Shown piece after piece: positions 48,587-58,083 of a stretch of DNA of 64,000 nucleotides. The stretch spans positions 256,102 to 320,101 of the forward strand of contig JAZJZX010000002.1 of assembly GCA_040389445.1 (NCBI GenBank), written 5' to 3'. A program made the translations under genes and the position numbers. Under the pieces are notes generated by a model. That model ran no database searches. It was given only the letters and a program-made list of their open reading frames with translations, and was not told the origin of the DNA. Numbering within the stretch: position 1 is the stretch's first letter; every line of letters starts with the position of its first letter. The DNA is from Chloroflexota bacterium (lineage in GTDB: Bacteria; Chloroflexota; Limnocylindria; Limnocylindrales; CSP1-4).

Positions 48587-49159
48587 TTAGTCCTGAATAC
48601 GGGACGCGCTGTCGCGATAGAGCCGAGCCGTACGTCGCGCCCGATCGGCGACGAGATCGCGAAGCTCGGGCGGCTCGAGGACCTCGATGTGCGGGCCGAG
48701 CGCAAGGACGTCAATGGCGACCCCTTCGAGCGACTGGAGCCGGAAGGTAGCCTGCAGCCAGCCGTTGGTGTCGGGTGGGACGTCGCGCCTGCCTCGAAGG
48801 GGCTGGAGCCGGCCGAGGAGGGCTGCGAGGCGTCGACCTTCGACGGAGATCCGGACCGTTGCGCGTCTCGGCCTGCCAGGTCGCCGCTCCCGCGGTTGCC
48901 AGTCGGCTGGGCTGATCGGCGCGGGATCGTAGCCCTCGATGAGCTGGAACCCGCCGCCCGGCCCCCGGATCGCGTAGACCGGAACCCCGGCGCCTGACAG
49001 GGCCTCGATATCGCGCATGATCGTCCGCTCGGTGACCTCGAGGCGCGCAGCCAGCTCCGCCGCCGTGACGCGTCCGCGCCCCTGGAGGATCAACACGAGG
49101 TTCAGGAGCCGGCCAGCACGCATGGAAACGAGTCTGGCGTCTTTTCGAATGCCTGACAA
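48587..49159 (-). CDS. YafY-family HTH transcriptional regulator, truncated (HTH + WCX-like C-terminus, WYL domain largely missing)
   Basis: HTH_11 (RLLNLVLILQGRGRVTAAELAARLEVTERTIMRDIEAL); C-terminal WCX-like region (…WLQATFRLQSLEGVAIDVLALGPHIEVLEPPELRDL…). Only about 180 aa against 230-320 for typical YafY regulators. Confidence 0.6.
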   Translation of the reverse strand: MSGIRKDARLVSMRAGRLLNLVLILQGRGRVTAAELAARLEVTERTIMRDIEALSGAGVPVYAIRGPGGGFQLIEGYDPAPISPADWQPRERRPGRPRRATVRISVEGRRLAALLGRLQPLRGRRDVPPDTNGWLQATFRLQSLEGVAIDVLALGPHIEVLEPPELRDLVADRARRTARLYRDSASRIQD

Positions 49160-49226
49160 GAGATGTCAGTCTTTGACCCGTACCGTCCTCACATCAACAT
49201 TGCTCTGAACGAAAGGGGAGGGGACC

Positions 49227-49646
49227 ATGCCAGCTGAACCCGTCGAAGGCTCGGGAACACCAAATGACCCGTGGGTCCTGACGACCCCGCCCGGCTCGTC
49301 CGAGTTCGAGGCCTACCGGGACCCCGACGCCAACCCGCCCGCACTCGTCGTGCAGGTCGGCGCAACGGAGCTCCGCTATCACCTCCGCTGCATCGATGAC
49401 CTGCACACGATGCTGAAAGAAGCCAACGACTGGATGCCGCTCGGGGTCGCCGACGAGCAGAAGGAAGCGAAGCCGGACACCATCGAGGCCTGGGGCCGGT
49501 CGTCGAGCAACCCCGTTGGGGGCTGGTACGGCTTCAAGAAGGGCCTGCGCGGCCGGTTCGCGAACTACGTCCCGCCGGTGCTCGAGGCGCTCGGGCTGGC
49601 CGAGGTGGAGCACAACCCCCGCAACAATCGAATGCGAGCCCGGTGA
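49227..49646 (+). CDS. hypothetical protein (139 aa), divergent from the YafY-like regulator
   Basis: Intact ORF, plausible RBS (GGGGAGGGGA), ATGA-coupled to the downstream SRPBCC gene. No recognisable motif. Confidence 0.45.
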   Translation: MPAEPVEGSGTPNDPWVLTTPPGSSEFEAYRDPDANPPALVVQVGATELRYHLRCIDDLHTMLKEANDWMPLGVADEQKEAKPDTIEAWGRSSSNPVGGWYGFKKGLRGRFANYVPPVLEALGLAEVEHNPRNNRMRAR

Positions 49647-50077
49647 TGACGACGAGGTACACCGTGGGCCGACGCATCAACGCTGAGCCCGAGAAGGTCT
49701 GGGCGCTGCTGGCCGACGCATCCAGCTATCGCCAGTGGAACCGGGCGGTCGTGAGCATTGAGGGCAGGATCGCTGCCGGCGAGACGGTCTCGCTGGTTTC
49801 GATTGCGAACCCCAGGCGAACGTTCCGGCTACACGTCACGGAGCTGACGGCGCCGACCCGCATGGTCTGGCGGGACGGCATGCCGCTCGGGCTGTTCACG
49901 GGCGAGCGAACCTACCTGGTCGAACCGCGCGAAGGCGTTACGCATTTCGAGATGACCGAGGAATACACCGGGCTCCTGGCCGGCGTCTTCACGAAGGCCA
50001 TTCCGGACCTGACCGAGTCGTTCAACCTCTTCGCCGACAGCCTGAAGGCCGCCGCGGAGGCGCCTGCGCCTACTTGA
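49643..50077 (+). CDS. SRPBCC (START/Bet v1/polyketide-cyclase-like) ligand-binding protein
   Basis: SRPBCC pattern (…NAEPEKVWALLADASSYRQWN…); 144 aa. Confidence 0.65.
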   Translation: MMTTRYTVGRRINAEPEKVWALLADASSYRQWNRAVVSIEGRIAAGETVSLVSIANPRRTFRLHVTELTAPTRMVWRDGMPLGLFTGERTYLVEPREGVTHFEMTEEYTGLLAGVFTKAIPDLTESFNLFADSLKAAAEAPAPT

Positions 50078-50093
50078 CGCAGATCGACCAGGA

Positions 50094-50786
50094 CTAGGCG
50101 TCGATCCGACCAGCGCGCGGGCGGGGAATGTCGGTCTCGAGGTCGATGATGTGGCCCTCGATCCTGCCAGCGTCCGGGTAGTCCTCGGCGTGCTCGAGGC
50201 CGATCCCCGCCAGGCCCAGCCCCGATGCCGCCGCGTCCGTCACGAACAGGTACGGGCGGTTGCCGATTCGATCCCGAACGGTGTTCTTGAGCAACCGGTG
50301 CGCGACATTGACCGACGGGCCGAGCAGGTCGCTGCCGGAACCGACGGACTGGCGCACCGATTGACCCCGATGGAGCACGACCTTGAGGTCCAGGTGCGCC
50401 ACGGCCGGACAGGCGGTACAGATGTGGTCGCTGGACGGGATCGCGCGGGTCCGGCTCTCGATGAACGCGCGGTATGTCGTTCCGATCAGATCGACGACTC
50501 GTTCGCCCATGCCGTCAAGGCTCGCGGCCGGGGCGGCCGCAAACACCGCGTCCCCCTCGAGCTTGACCAGGGCGAACCCAGGTTCGACGCCCGCGATGAC
50601 CGTGTCCAGCAGCGCCCCCAGGACGCCGTAGGCAGCAGGGATCCCAGCGCTGAAATCGACGCCATGCGCCTGTTCAACGCCGGACATGAAGCCCGTGTAC
50701 CCAGAGATGTCCGCGAGCAGCAGGTAGCGCTCGCCGGCCGGAGCGTCAGCCATCGCGGGTGATCCGGAGCCGCTTACGTGTCCCAT
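50094..50786 (-). CDS. DUF2652-family protein (nucleotidyl-cyclase-like fold)
   Basis: ERYLLLADISGYTGFM N-terminal motif typical of DUF2652; start uncertain (ATG 50786 or 50753). Confidence 0.55.
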   Translation of the reverse strand: MGHVSGSGSPAMADAPAGERYLLLADISGYTGFMSGVEQAHGVDFSAGIPAAYGVLGALLDTVIAGVEPGFALVKLEGDAVFAAAPAASLDGMGERVVDLIGTTYRAFIESRTRAIPSSDHICTACPAVAHLDLKVVLHRGQSVRQSVGSGSDLLGPSVNVAHRLLKNTVRDRIGNRPYLFVTDAAASGLGLAGIGLEHAEDYPDAGRIEGHIIDLETDIPRPRAGRIDA

Positions 50787-50896
50787 GTGGAGATGGTACG
50801 CATCTGCACTCGACCCGCAAGATGGCGCGAGGATCCTCGGATCCACTTCTCGGTCGCCGCCCCCGGGTTTCTGTGACAACCTAGCTGGCACAGATC

Positions 50897-53800
50897 GTGC
50901 CTAAGCTCAGGCCCGCCACGAATCCCAGGGCACTCCCGTACACTCGGGATTGCGCGCGTCGGCTCCATAAAGGGGAGGGGCACCCGGTCTTGGCGAGCCA
51001 GCCGATCGCAAATCCCGTGATCAATTCGCCGTTCACTGAGCCGGCGCGGCATTTCCGCGTGATCGATGGCCAGGTGTCCGGCGAGATCGACGAGCGCCGC
51101 CGTCCCTCCGAGTTCTTCGTCCCGGTCGCGAAACCCAAGAAGGCCTCGCCGCAACTCACGCTGCAGTTCGGGCCTGGGATACGTCAGCAGCCGAACGAGA
51201 TCGTCAACGAGATCCGGCAGTCCGTCGAGCGGTGGCGGATCCAGGGCTACCCGCATACGACCGCGGTCACGAAGGACCTCCTGGCCCATTGGCGCGCCGA
51301 GGATCGGAGCCGTCGCCTGTTCTTCTGCCAGCTCGAGGCTGCCGAGACCGCGATCTATCTGGTCGAGGCCGCGGAGAGGACCGGCGACACAAAGGCGCTC
51401 AACGTCATCCGTGCCGAGAACGCCCGCCTGAATGACAGCCTGCCGCGAATGGCCTTCAAGATGGCCACCGGCTCCGGCAAGACGCTCGTCATGGGGATGC
51501 TGATCGCCTGGCAGGCCCTCAACAAGCTCGCGAACCCGTACGACAAGCGCTTCTCCAGCCGTTTCCTGATCGTCACGCCGGGGATCACGATCAAAGATCG
51601 CCTGCGCGTCCTGCTGCCCAACGACCCGCAGACGTTCTTTCGGGCGATGGACCTGGTCACCCCGGAACAGCTCGACCGCCTTCAGGCCGCGACCATCGAG
51701 ATCACGAACTACCACGCGCTCATTCGGCGGGACAAGGTCGAGGCTGCGGGTCTGACGAAGCGGATCCTGTCGCGGGGCGATCTGGACAACGAGCGGTTCA
51801 AGGAGACGCCGGGCGAGATGGTTCGTCGCGTGCTCCGGGTATTCGGAACGGCGAAGGACATCGTGGTCCTCAATGACGAGGCCCACCATTGCTACACGCC
51901 GGCGCCTGCCGAGGCGGCCCAGGAGGGCACGCTCGATGCCGACGAACGCACGGAGGCACGTCGAAACCAGGACGAGGCCCGGGTGTGGTTCGACGGGCTC
52001 AAGGCGGTCCGCGACAAGATCGGGATCCGCTCGATCTTCGATGTCTCCGCCACGCCCTTCTTCCTCAAGGGCTCCGGATACGCCGAGGGAACGCTCTTCC
52101 CCTGGGTCGTGTCCGACTTCGGCCTCATGGATGCCATCGAGTCCGGGATCGTCAAGATCCCACGGGTACCCGTCTCGGACGACTCGATGGTCGGCGACCT
52201 GCCGCGCTATCGGGATCTCTGGACAAGCGTCCGTGATTGGGCACCAAAGAAGGGGCTCCGAGAGACCGCGGCGGACGAGCGCGACCCGGTGCTGGCGAAA
52301 GAGCTCGAGGGCGCCCTGGAAAGCCTCTACGCCGACTACAGGCGGTCGTTCGATGACTGGGCGGCTGCTGGAATGGGTCGTCCTCCAGTCTTCATCGTCG
52401 TCTGCTCCAACACCAGCGTCAGCAAGATCGTCCACCGCTGGATCGCGGGCTACGACAAGGCGCAGCTCGACGGGACGGCCATCCCGGCACCCGGCAAGCT
52501 CCCCCTTTTCAGCAACGTCGAGGACGGTGCCTGGCGCCAGCGCCCGGTGAGCCTGCTCATCGACTCGATGCAGCTGGACCGGGGCGATGCCCTGGACCCG
52601 GCGTTCAAGAAGGCCGCCGCCCGCGAGATCGAGGAGTACAAGCGCGAGTACGTCGCCCGGTTCCCGGGCCGGAGCGCGGACGAGATCGAGGACGAGGACA
52701 TCCTCCGCGAGGTGCTCAACACCGTCGGCAAGCCGGATCGCCTGGGTGCGGAGATCAGGTGCGTCGTTTCCGTCTCGATGCTGACCGAGGGCTGGGACGC
52801 CAACACCGTGACCCACATCCTCGGGATCCGCGCCTTCGGCACGCAGCTCCTCTGCGAGCAGGTCGTGGGTCGAGCGCTCCGCCGGGCCAACTACGACCCG
52901 ACACCCGAGGGCATGTTCGAACCGGAGTACGCGGAGGTCTTGGGCGTGCCCTTTACGTTCCTCAGTACGACCGAGGCCGGCACGCCGCGCAAGCCCAAGC
53001 CGATCCTCACGGTCCGGGCGCTGCCCGAGCGAGCGAACCTCCGGATCGAATTCCCACGCGTCGTCGGCTACCGGTTCGAGATGCCGTCCGAGACGCTGAC
53101 CGCGACCTTCGATCCGTCAAGCATCCTCGAGCTCTCGACCCGCGAGGTACCGACCGAGACCCAGCTGGACCCGATCGTCGGGGAGATGAACCTGCTCCAC
53201 CTGCCGCTCAAGGAGCAGCGGATGAACACGGTGGTCTTCGCGGTCGCCAAACGGACGCTGGACAACTTCTTCCGCGACGAGGACGGCGGCGAGCGGCCCT
53301 GGCTCTTCCCGCAGCTCGCCTCGATCACCCGGCGCTGGATCGACGAGTGCGTGGCGCCCTACCTGGGTGATAGCGCCTACCCGCAACTTCTGCTGCTCGC
53401 CGAGTGGAGCCACGCGGCCGCGGAGCGTATCCATCGGGCGATCGCCAAGGGAACGTACGGCGAGCCGCGCCTCAGCCCGACGCTGCGCCTGTACGACCCG
53501 ATCGGCTCGACGGACGATGTCGTCTTCGAGACGACGAAGACCTGCTTCGCAACCACGAAGAGCCACATCAACTACGTGGCCCAGGACTCCAACTGGGAGT
53601 CCGAGCTCGCCCAGAAGCTCGAGTCGATGCCCGAGGTCGTGAGCTACGCCAAGAACCAGGGCCTGAACCTGAAGATTCCGTACACGTTCGAGGGCCGCGC
53701 CGCGAACTACGTCCCGGACTTCCTCATCCGGATCCGCGACTCGGCGTCAACGGGCCCGGACGACCTCCTGACGCTCCTGCTCGAGGTTTCCGGGGAGGCG

Positions 53801-53968
53801 AAGAAGGAGAAGGCCGCCAAGGTCGCCGCCGCGCGCGACCTCTGGGTGCCGGCCGTCAACCACTGGGGAGGCCTCGGCCGCTGGGAGTTCCTCGAGGTCA
53901 CCCACATGGAGAATGCCGCCGACCACATCCGCGCGAAGTTCCTCTCGCCTGTCGAGGCCGGCCGGTGA
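50897..53968 (+). CDS. res: Type III restriction endonuclease Res-like subunit: SF2 DEAH helicase motor plus C-terminal PD-(D/E)xK nuclease
   Basis: Helicase motifs I MATGSGKT, II LNDEAHH, III VSATP, VI QVVGRALRR; C-terminal nuclease motif YVPDFLIRI ... LLLEVSGEAKK. 1023 aa; start may be slightly downstream. Confidence 0.8.
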   Translation: MPKLRPATNPRALPYTRDCARRLHKGEGHPVLASQPIANPVINSPFTEPARHFRVIDGQVSGEIDERRRPSEFFVPVAKPKKASPQLTLQFGPGIRQQPNEIVNEIRQSVERWRIQGYPHTTAVTKDLLAHWRAEDRSRRLFFCQLEAAETAIYLVEAAERTGDTKALNVIRAENARLNDSLPRMAFKMATGSGKTLVMGMLIAWQALNKLANPYDKRFSSRFLIVTPGITIKDRLRVLLPNDPQTFFRAMDLVTPEQLDRLQAATIEITNYHALIRRDKVEAAGLTKRILSRGDLDNERFKETPGEMVRRVLRVFGTAKDIVVLNDEAHHCYTPAPAEAAQEGTLDADERTEARRNQDEARVWFDGLKAVRDKIGIRSIFDVSATPFFLKGSGYAEGTLFPWVVSDFGLMDAIESGIVKIPRVPVSDDSMVGDLPRYRDLWTSVRDWAPKKGLRETAADERDPVLAKELEGALESLYADYRRSFDDWAAAGMGRPPVFIVVCSNTSVSKIVHRWIAGYDKAQLDGTAIPAPGKLPLFSNVEDGAWRQRPVSLLIDSMQLDRGDALDPAFKKAAAREIEEYKREYVARFPGRSADEIEDEDILREVLNTVGKPDRLGAEIRCVVSVSMLTEGWDANTVTHILGIRAFGTQLLCEQVVGRALRRANYDPTPEGMFEPEYAEVLGVPFTFLSTTEAGTPRKPKPILTVRALPERANLRIEFPRVVGYRFEMPSETLTATFDPSSILELSTREVPTETQLDPIVGEMNLLHLPLKEQRMNTVVFAVAKRTLDNFFRDEDGGERPWLFPQLASITRRWIDECVAPYLGDSAYPQLLLLAEWSHAAAERIHRAIAKGTYGEPRLSPTLRLYDPIGSTDDVVFETTKTCFATTKSHINYVAQDSNWESELAQKLESMPEVVSYAKNQGLNLKIPYTFEGRAANYVPDFLIRIRDSASTGPDDLLTLLLEVSGEAKKEKAAKVAAARDLWVPAVNHWGGLGRWEFLEVTHMENAADHIRAKFLSPVEAGR

Positions 53969-53979
53969 CCCTCAGCCGT

Positions 53980-54369
53980 TCAGCGACTACCCTTGGCGAG
54001 CAGCTGGGCGACTCGCTGGTGCGAGATACCGACCATGCGGCCGATGTCGCGCTGCGGGTATCCGCTGTCGTGGAGGGACAGAACGGCGTCGCGGGTCCTG
54101 TCGGCCGTATCCCGGCGCATGGCGGCGACGGCCTCGCGGAGCGACATGATGTCGTCGAGGACCTCCTGCGTCGGAGGGTCATGGTTCTCAACGACGTCGA
54201 CATCGAAGGAGTCCGGGGCGACCTCGAGCATGAGCGAGATCGCATCTCGGGCCATGGACTCGACCCGATCGAGACGGCGAGCTTGCGAGAAGATGCCGTC
54301 CACTTCGGGCACGGTGATGACCCACCACGTTCCATCGCGCTCGGCGATCGCCGTGTATCGGGGCCTCAT
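53980..54369 (-). CDS. hicB: HicB-family antitoxin (RNase H-like HicB fold + C-terminal HTH)
   Basis: HicB_like domain (…GTWWVITVPEVDGIFSQARRLD…); C-terminal HTH (…GYPQRDIGRMVGISHQRVAQLL…); ATG overlaps the hicA stop (ATGA). Confidence 0.7.
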   Translation of the reverse strand: MRPRYTAIAERDGTWWVITVPEVDGIFSQARRLDRVESMARDAISLMLEVAPDSFDVDVVENHDPPTQEVLDDIMSLREAVAAMRRDTADRTRDAVLSLHDSGYPQRDIGRMVGISHQRVAQLLAKGSR

Positions 54370-54581
54370 CGTCGCCACCATCGGGTCCCAAGCTCCTTCT
54401 GCGTCGATCGCAGCACGTTCCACGCAAGCGGCTCGCGGAGTTCGCGGTGTCGCGGAATCTGGATGGGCCTCCCAGCGAGGGCCCAGATCTCGTGGTTGCC
54501 GCCCTCCCGGACGAATTCGAAGGCAATGCCGCGGTCCCGCGCCGCTTCCGCGATCAGATCCAGGAGTTCCGTACGCTTCAA
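54366..54581 (-). CDS. hicA: HicA-family mRNA interferase toxin
   Basis: 71 aa, GNHEIWALAGRPIQIPRH motif typical of HicA (YcfA-like). Confidence 0.8.
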   Translation of the reverse strand: MKRTELLDLIAEAARDRGIAFEFVREGGNHEIWALAGRPIQIPRHRELREPLAWNVLRSTQKELGTRWWRR

Positions 54582-54744
54582 GCGGCACCGTAGGGTAGGG
54601 GAGCGAGCGTGTCAAGGCTATGTCGCTAGACACTTTCGACCGGCCAGTAACATGGCCCGATGATGGCCAGGGTGGATCACCCCATGCTTACCTGGTTCGG
54701 CGGAGCAGCGACGGCGTGGCCGGGCGATAAGCCCCGGATGACGG

Positions 54745-57381
54745 ATGGCTGACAAGATGAAGCCGAAAGCCATCACGCCCGTGCGCGCCACGACCCACGC
54801 CGACACCCGCTCCAACATCCCGACTGCCGAGCTCGAGTCGTTCGCCCGCCCGGAGGAGAAGAGGCCCGCGATCGTGCGCTACCCCCGCGACCCCAGCCTG
54901 GACCCGCAGCTCGTCTGGAAGGGCAAGGACGAGCAGGACGCGGCCGACCTGGAGGTCCCGGCCGTCCCCATCTACATCCAGGAGACCATCGACCCGCTTG
55001 CGCTCGTCGAGGAGCTCCGGGCCGAGAGCGAGGGCCGGCGCGCCGAGGAGCAGCTCGGCTTCTTCGCGCCGTACACGGACCTGACGTTCGAGGAGAAGGT
55101 CGACTTCTACCGCCACCCGGGCAAGTGGTCCAACCGGATGATCCTCGGCGACTCGCTCCTCGTGATGACCAGCCTCGCCGAGAAGGAGGGCCTCAAGGGC
55201 CAGGTCCAGACCATCTACATCGACCCGCCCTACGGCATCAAATTCGGAAGTAACTGGCAGGTAAGCACGCGCAAACGCGACGTTAGGGACGGCAAGGACT
55301 CCGACCTCACGCGCCAGCCCGAACAGGTGAGGGCGTACCGGGACACCTGGGAGCTGGGGATCCACTCGTACCTCGGTTACCTGCGCGATCGCCTCGTCGC
55401 CTCACGCGAACTCCTCACCGAGTCCGGTTCGCTGTTCGTGCAGATGAACGTCGAGAACGAGCACCTTGTCCGAAGCCTGCTGGACGAGGTCTTTGGGGCT
55501 GACAACTTCTGCGGCGTCGTCACGTACCAGAAGACGACAGGGATGAGCAGCCCGGTTGCGCGGGTCAATGTGCTTGCTTCAGTCGCTGACTCCCTCCTCT
55601 GGTACGCAAAGTCAAAGGAGGTGGTGAAGTACCGCCAGCTCTATCTCGACAAGGGAATCGGCGCCGAGGGCGCCGGCGTGTACTCGTGGCTCGAACTAGA
55701 AGACGGCGCACGACGGCGAATGACGGAGCCCGAGCGACAGGGTCAGCATCCCTACCCGGCAGGGTCGCGTGTGTTTCGCGTCGGCGATCTGACCTCCATG
55801 GGCTTCGCCGAATCCGGTTCGTTCGAGTTCGAGTATTCCGGTCAGGTCTTTGGGCCCGGCCGCTCGCGACATTGGACGACGACGCGAGATGGGCTCGAGC
55901 GTCTAGCTCGGGCAGGAAGGGTGACCGTTTCTGGCGCCAGCTTCGCGTACGTCCGTTACCACGATGACTTCCGAGTCCACCCTCTCGACAACATCTGGAC
56001 TGACGTCGGGACCGGGAGCTTTACGGATCCGAAGATTTATGCGGTCCAGACGAACAGCAAGGTCGTGGAGCGCTGTCTGCTCATGACAAGCGACCCCGGT
56101 GACCTTGTCCTGGACCCAACCTGCGGCTCTGGCACGACGGCCTACGTCGCGGAGCAGTGGGGTCGCCGCTGGATCACGATCGACACGAGCCGCGTGGCGC
56201 TCGCCCTGGCGCGTTCGAGGCTGATGGCCGCGAAGTACCCGTATTACCTCCTCGCCGACTCGGAGGTCGGGATCCGCAAGGAGGCCGACGTGACCGGCCA
56301 GGTGCCGCCGAGCCCGATCCCGGCGACCGCCAACGACGTCCGCCGCGGCTTCGTGTACGAGCGCGTGCCGCACGTGACCCTGAAGTCGATCGCCCAGAAC
56401 CCGGACATCCGCGAAGGCATGACGCGCGAGGAGATCGATGCTGCGATCGCCCGCCACGCCGAGACGGAGACCCTGTTCGACCGTCCCTACGAGGACAAGA
56501 AGGTCGTCCGCGTGTCGGGCCCGTTCACAGTCGAGAGCCTGTCGCCGCACCGTGTGCTCGTCACCGGGCCCGAGGATGCCGAGGCCGCGGAGTCGACCCC
56601 GTCCGTCGACGCCGGCGCCTTCGTCACGAGCATCCTCGACAACCTCCGCCGCGCCGGCGTCCAGAACACGAAGCGCGCAGAGCGGCTCACGTTCAGCCGC
56701 CTCGACCCGTACCCGGGCGTCTTCGTCCAGGGAGTAGGGGAGTACACCGAGAGCGGCCAGGCCCGGACCGTCGCGATCGCGATCGGCCCCGAGTTCGGCA
56801 CCGTCGGCCCAGAGCTCATCCGCGATGCCGCCAAGGAGGCCGTGAAGTTCGCCGACCTCCTCGTCGTGTGCGGCTTCGCGTTCGACCCGATGGCTGGGGA
56901 GGAGGCCTCCCAGCTCGGCCGCCTCACGATCCTCCAGGCCCGCATGAACCCCGACCTCGCGATGGGGGACGAGCTCCTCAAGAAGACCGGCACCGGCAAC
57001 CTCTTCATGGTCTTCGGCGAGCCCGACATCGACGTCCGCCCGGCGGGCGACGGCCAGATCACCGTCGAGGTCCGCGGCCTCGACGTCTATGACCCGACCA
57101 CCGGCGTGCTCCGCTCGTCGTCCGTCGACGACATCGCCGCCTGGTTCCTCGACACCAACTACGACGGCGACGCCTTCTTCGTCCGCCACGCCTACTTCAC
57201 CGGCGCTGACGACCCGTATGAGAAGCTCCGTCGTGCCCTCCGCGCCGACATCAGCGACGAGGCTTGGGCGACGGTGAACTCGAACGTCTCGCGGCCGTTC
57301 CCGCGCCCTTCGACCGGCAAGGTCGCAGTGAAGGTCATCAACCACTACGGCGACGAAGTGCTCAAGGTCGTCGCGGTCTAG
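54745..57381 (+). CDS. mod: beta-class N6-adenine/N4-cytosine DNA methyltransferase, Type III Mod-like, with long C-terminal extension
   Basis: Motif IV IYIDPPYG precedes motif I DPTCGSGTT (beta permutation) with a roughly 300-aa TRD between them; 878 aa. Confidence 0.85.
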   Translation: MADKMKPKAITPVRATTHADTRSNIPTAELESFARPEEKRPAIVRYPRDPSLDPQLVWKGKDEQDAADLEVPAVPIYIQETIDPLALVEELRAESEGRRAEEQLGFFAPYTDLTFEEKVDFYRHPGKWSNRMILGDSLLVMTSLAEKEGLKGQVQTIYIDPPYGIKFGSNWQVSTRKRDVRDGKDSDLTRQPEQVRAYRDTWELGIHSYLGYLRDRLVASRELLTESGSLFVQMNVENEHLVRSLLDEVFGADNFCGVVTYQKTTGMSSPVARVNVLASVADSLLWYAKSKEVVKYRQLYLDKGIGAEGAGVYSWLELEDGARRRMTEPERQGQHPYPAGSRVFRVGDLTSMGFAESGSFEFEYSGQVFGPGRSRHWTTTRDGLERLARAGRVTVSGASFAYVRYHDDFRVHPLDNIWTDVGTGSFTDPKIYAVQTNSKVVERCLLMTSDPGDLVLDPTCGSGTTAYVAEQWGRRWITIDTSRVALALARSRLMAAKYPYYLLADSEVGIRKEADVTGQVPPSPIPATANDVRRGFVYERVPHVTLKSIAQNPDIREGMTREEIDAAIARHAETETLFDRPYEDKKVVRVSGPFTVESLSPHRVLVTGPEDAEAAESTPSVDAGAFVTSILDNLRRAGVQNTKRAERLTFSRLDPYPGVFVQGVGEYTESGQARTVAIAIGPEFGTVGPELIRDAAKEAVKFADLLVVCGFAFDPMAGEEASQLGRLTILQARMNPDLAMGDELLKKTGTGNLFMVFGEPDIDVRPAGDGQITVEVRGLDVYDPTTGVLRSSSVDDIAAWFLDTNYDGDAFFVRHAYFTGADDPYEKLRRALRADISDEAWATVNSNVSRPFPRPSTGKVAVKVINHYGDEVLKVVAV

Positions 57382-57382
57382 C

Positions 57383-57727
57383 GTGGAGATCGTCCGGACG
57401 TCCACGTCCCTTACGCACGTTCACGAGCTGGCCGCGGCCCGGTTCGGTGACCTGGTCAAGGTCGTCGTCGACGTCGAGCGCGGGATCATGGCGATCGACG
57501 CGGGGATGCATGCTGACGAGGAAGCAGCCCTCGTCCAGGATGGCTCGGACCAACGGGACCTGTGGGGTGTCAATCTCTACCCAGCTGAACACGGGACCGA
57601 AGGCTGGTTGGAGTTCGACTCGATGATCAACCTGCGCCCTGGTCAGGGCAACCGCACCCGGTCCGTCGACGACCCGGTTACACGTTCCCTGATCGCTCGG
57701 ATCGTGGATCGACTGGTGATGCCATGA
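57383..57727 (+). CDS. hypothetical protein (114 aa) translationally coupled to mod
   Basis: GTG start 1 nt after the mod stop; no recognisable motif. Confidence 0.45.
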   Translation: MEIVRTSTSLTHVHELAAARFGDLVKVVVDVERGIMAIDAGMHADEEAALVQDGSDQRDLWGVNLYPAEHGTEGWLEFDSMINLRPGQGNRTRSVDDPVTRSLIARIVDRLVMP

Positions 57728-58083
57728 CCGTCCGGACATTCCACCGCGAGGCCGCGGCGGGCGAGTGGTTTGACCTGTCCCTCATGGCGCAGCTCGGAAA
57801 CATCGGCACCGAAGTTGCGAGAGCCGCCCGCGCCGTGCAGGCCGGGAACGAGACCCGCGCGTGGAACGCGCTCGTCCGTGCCCTTGAGTTGTTCGACCTC
57901 ACGATTGCCGACCGGCGGTGGCGCGGTCCGGAGCTGCGGGAGCTCTGCCGTGCTCGCGAAGTGGTGTGCGACTTCCTCGTCGGCGACAACGAGTACGCCT
58001 CGAGCGCGGCCTCGCTGGACCGCTACTTCCTGCCGTTCGCCATCGCAGCCCGGCGCGTAGAGGCCGCGCATTCGCGCACGTGA
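57724..58083 (+). CDS. hypothetical protein (119 aa)
   Basis: ATGA overlap with the previous ORF; largely alpha-helical composition; no recognisable motif. Confidence 0.45.
   Translation: MTVRTFHREAAAGEWFDLSLMAQLGNIGTEVARAARAVQAGNETRAWNALVRALELFDLTIADRRWRGPELRELCRAREVVCDFLVGDNEYASSAASLDRYFLPFAIAARRVEAAHSRT

Noticed and set aside
50774-52816. 680-aa minus-strand ORF
   Set aside because: Antisense to the Res-like helicase gene, which has all SF2 motifs; no motifs of its own.
55903-57405. 500-aa minus-strand ORF
   Set aside because: Antisense to the Mod methyltransferase; spurious.
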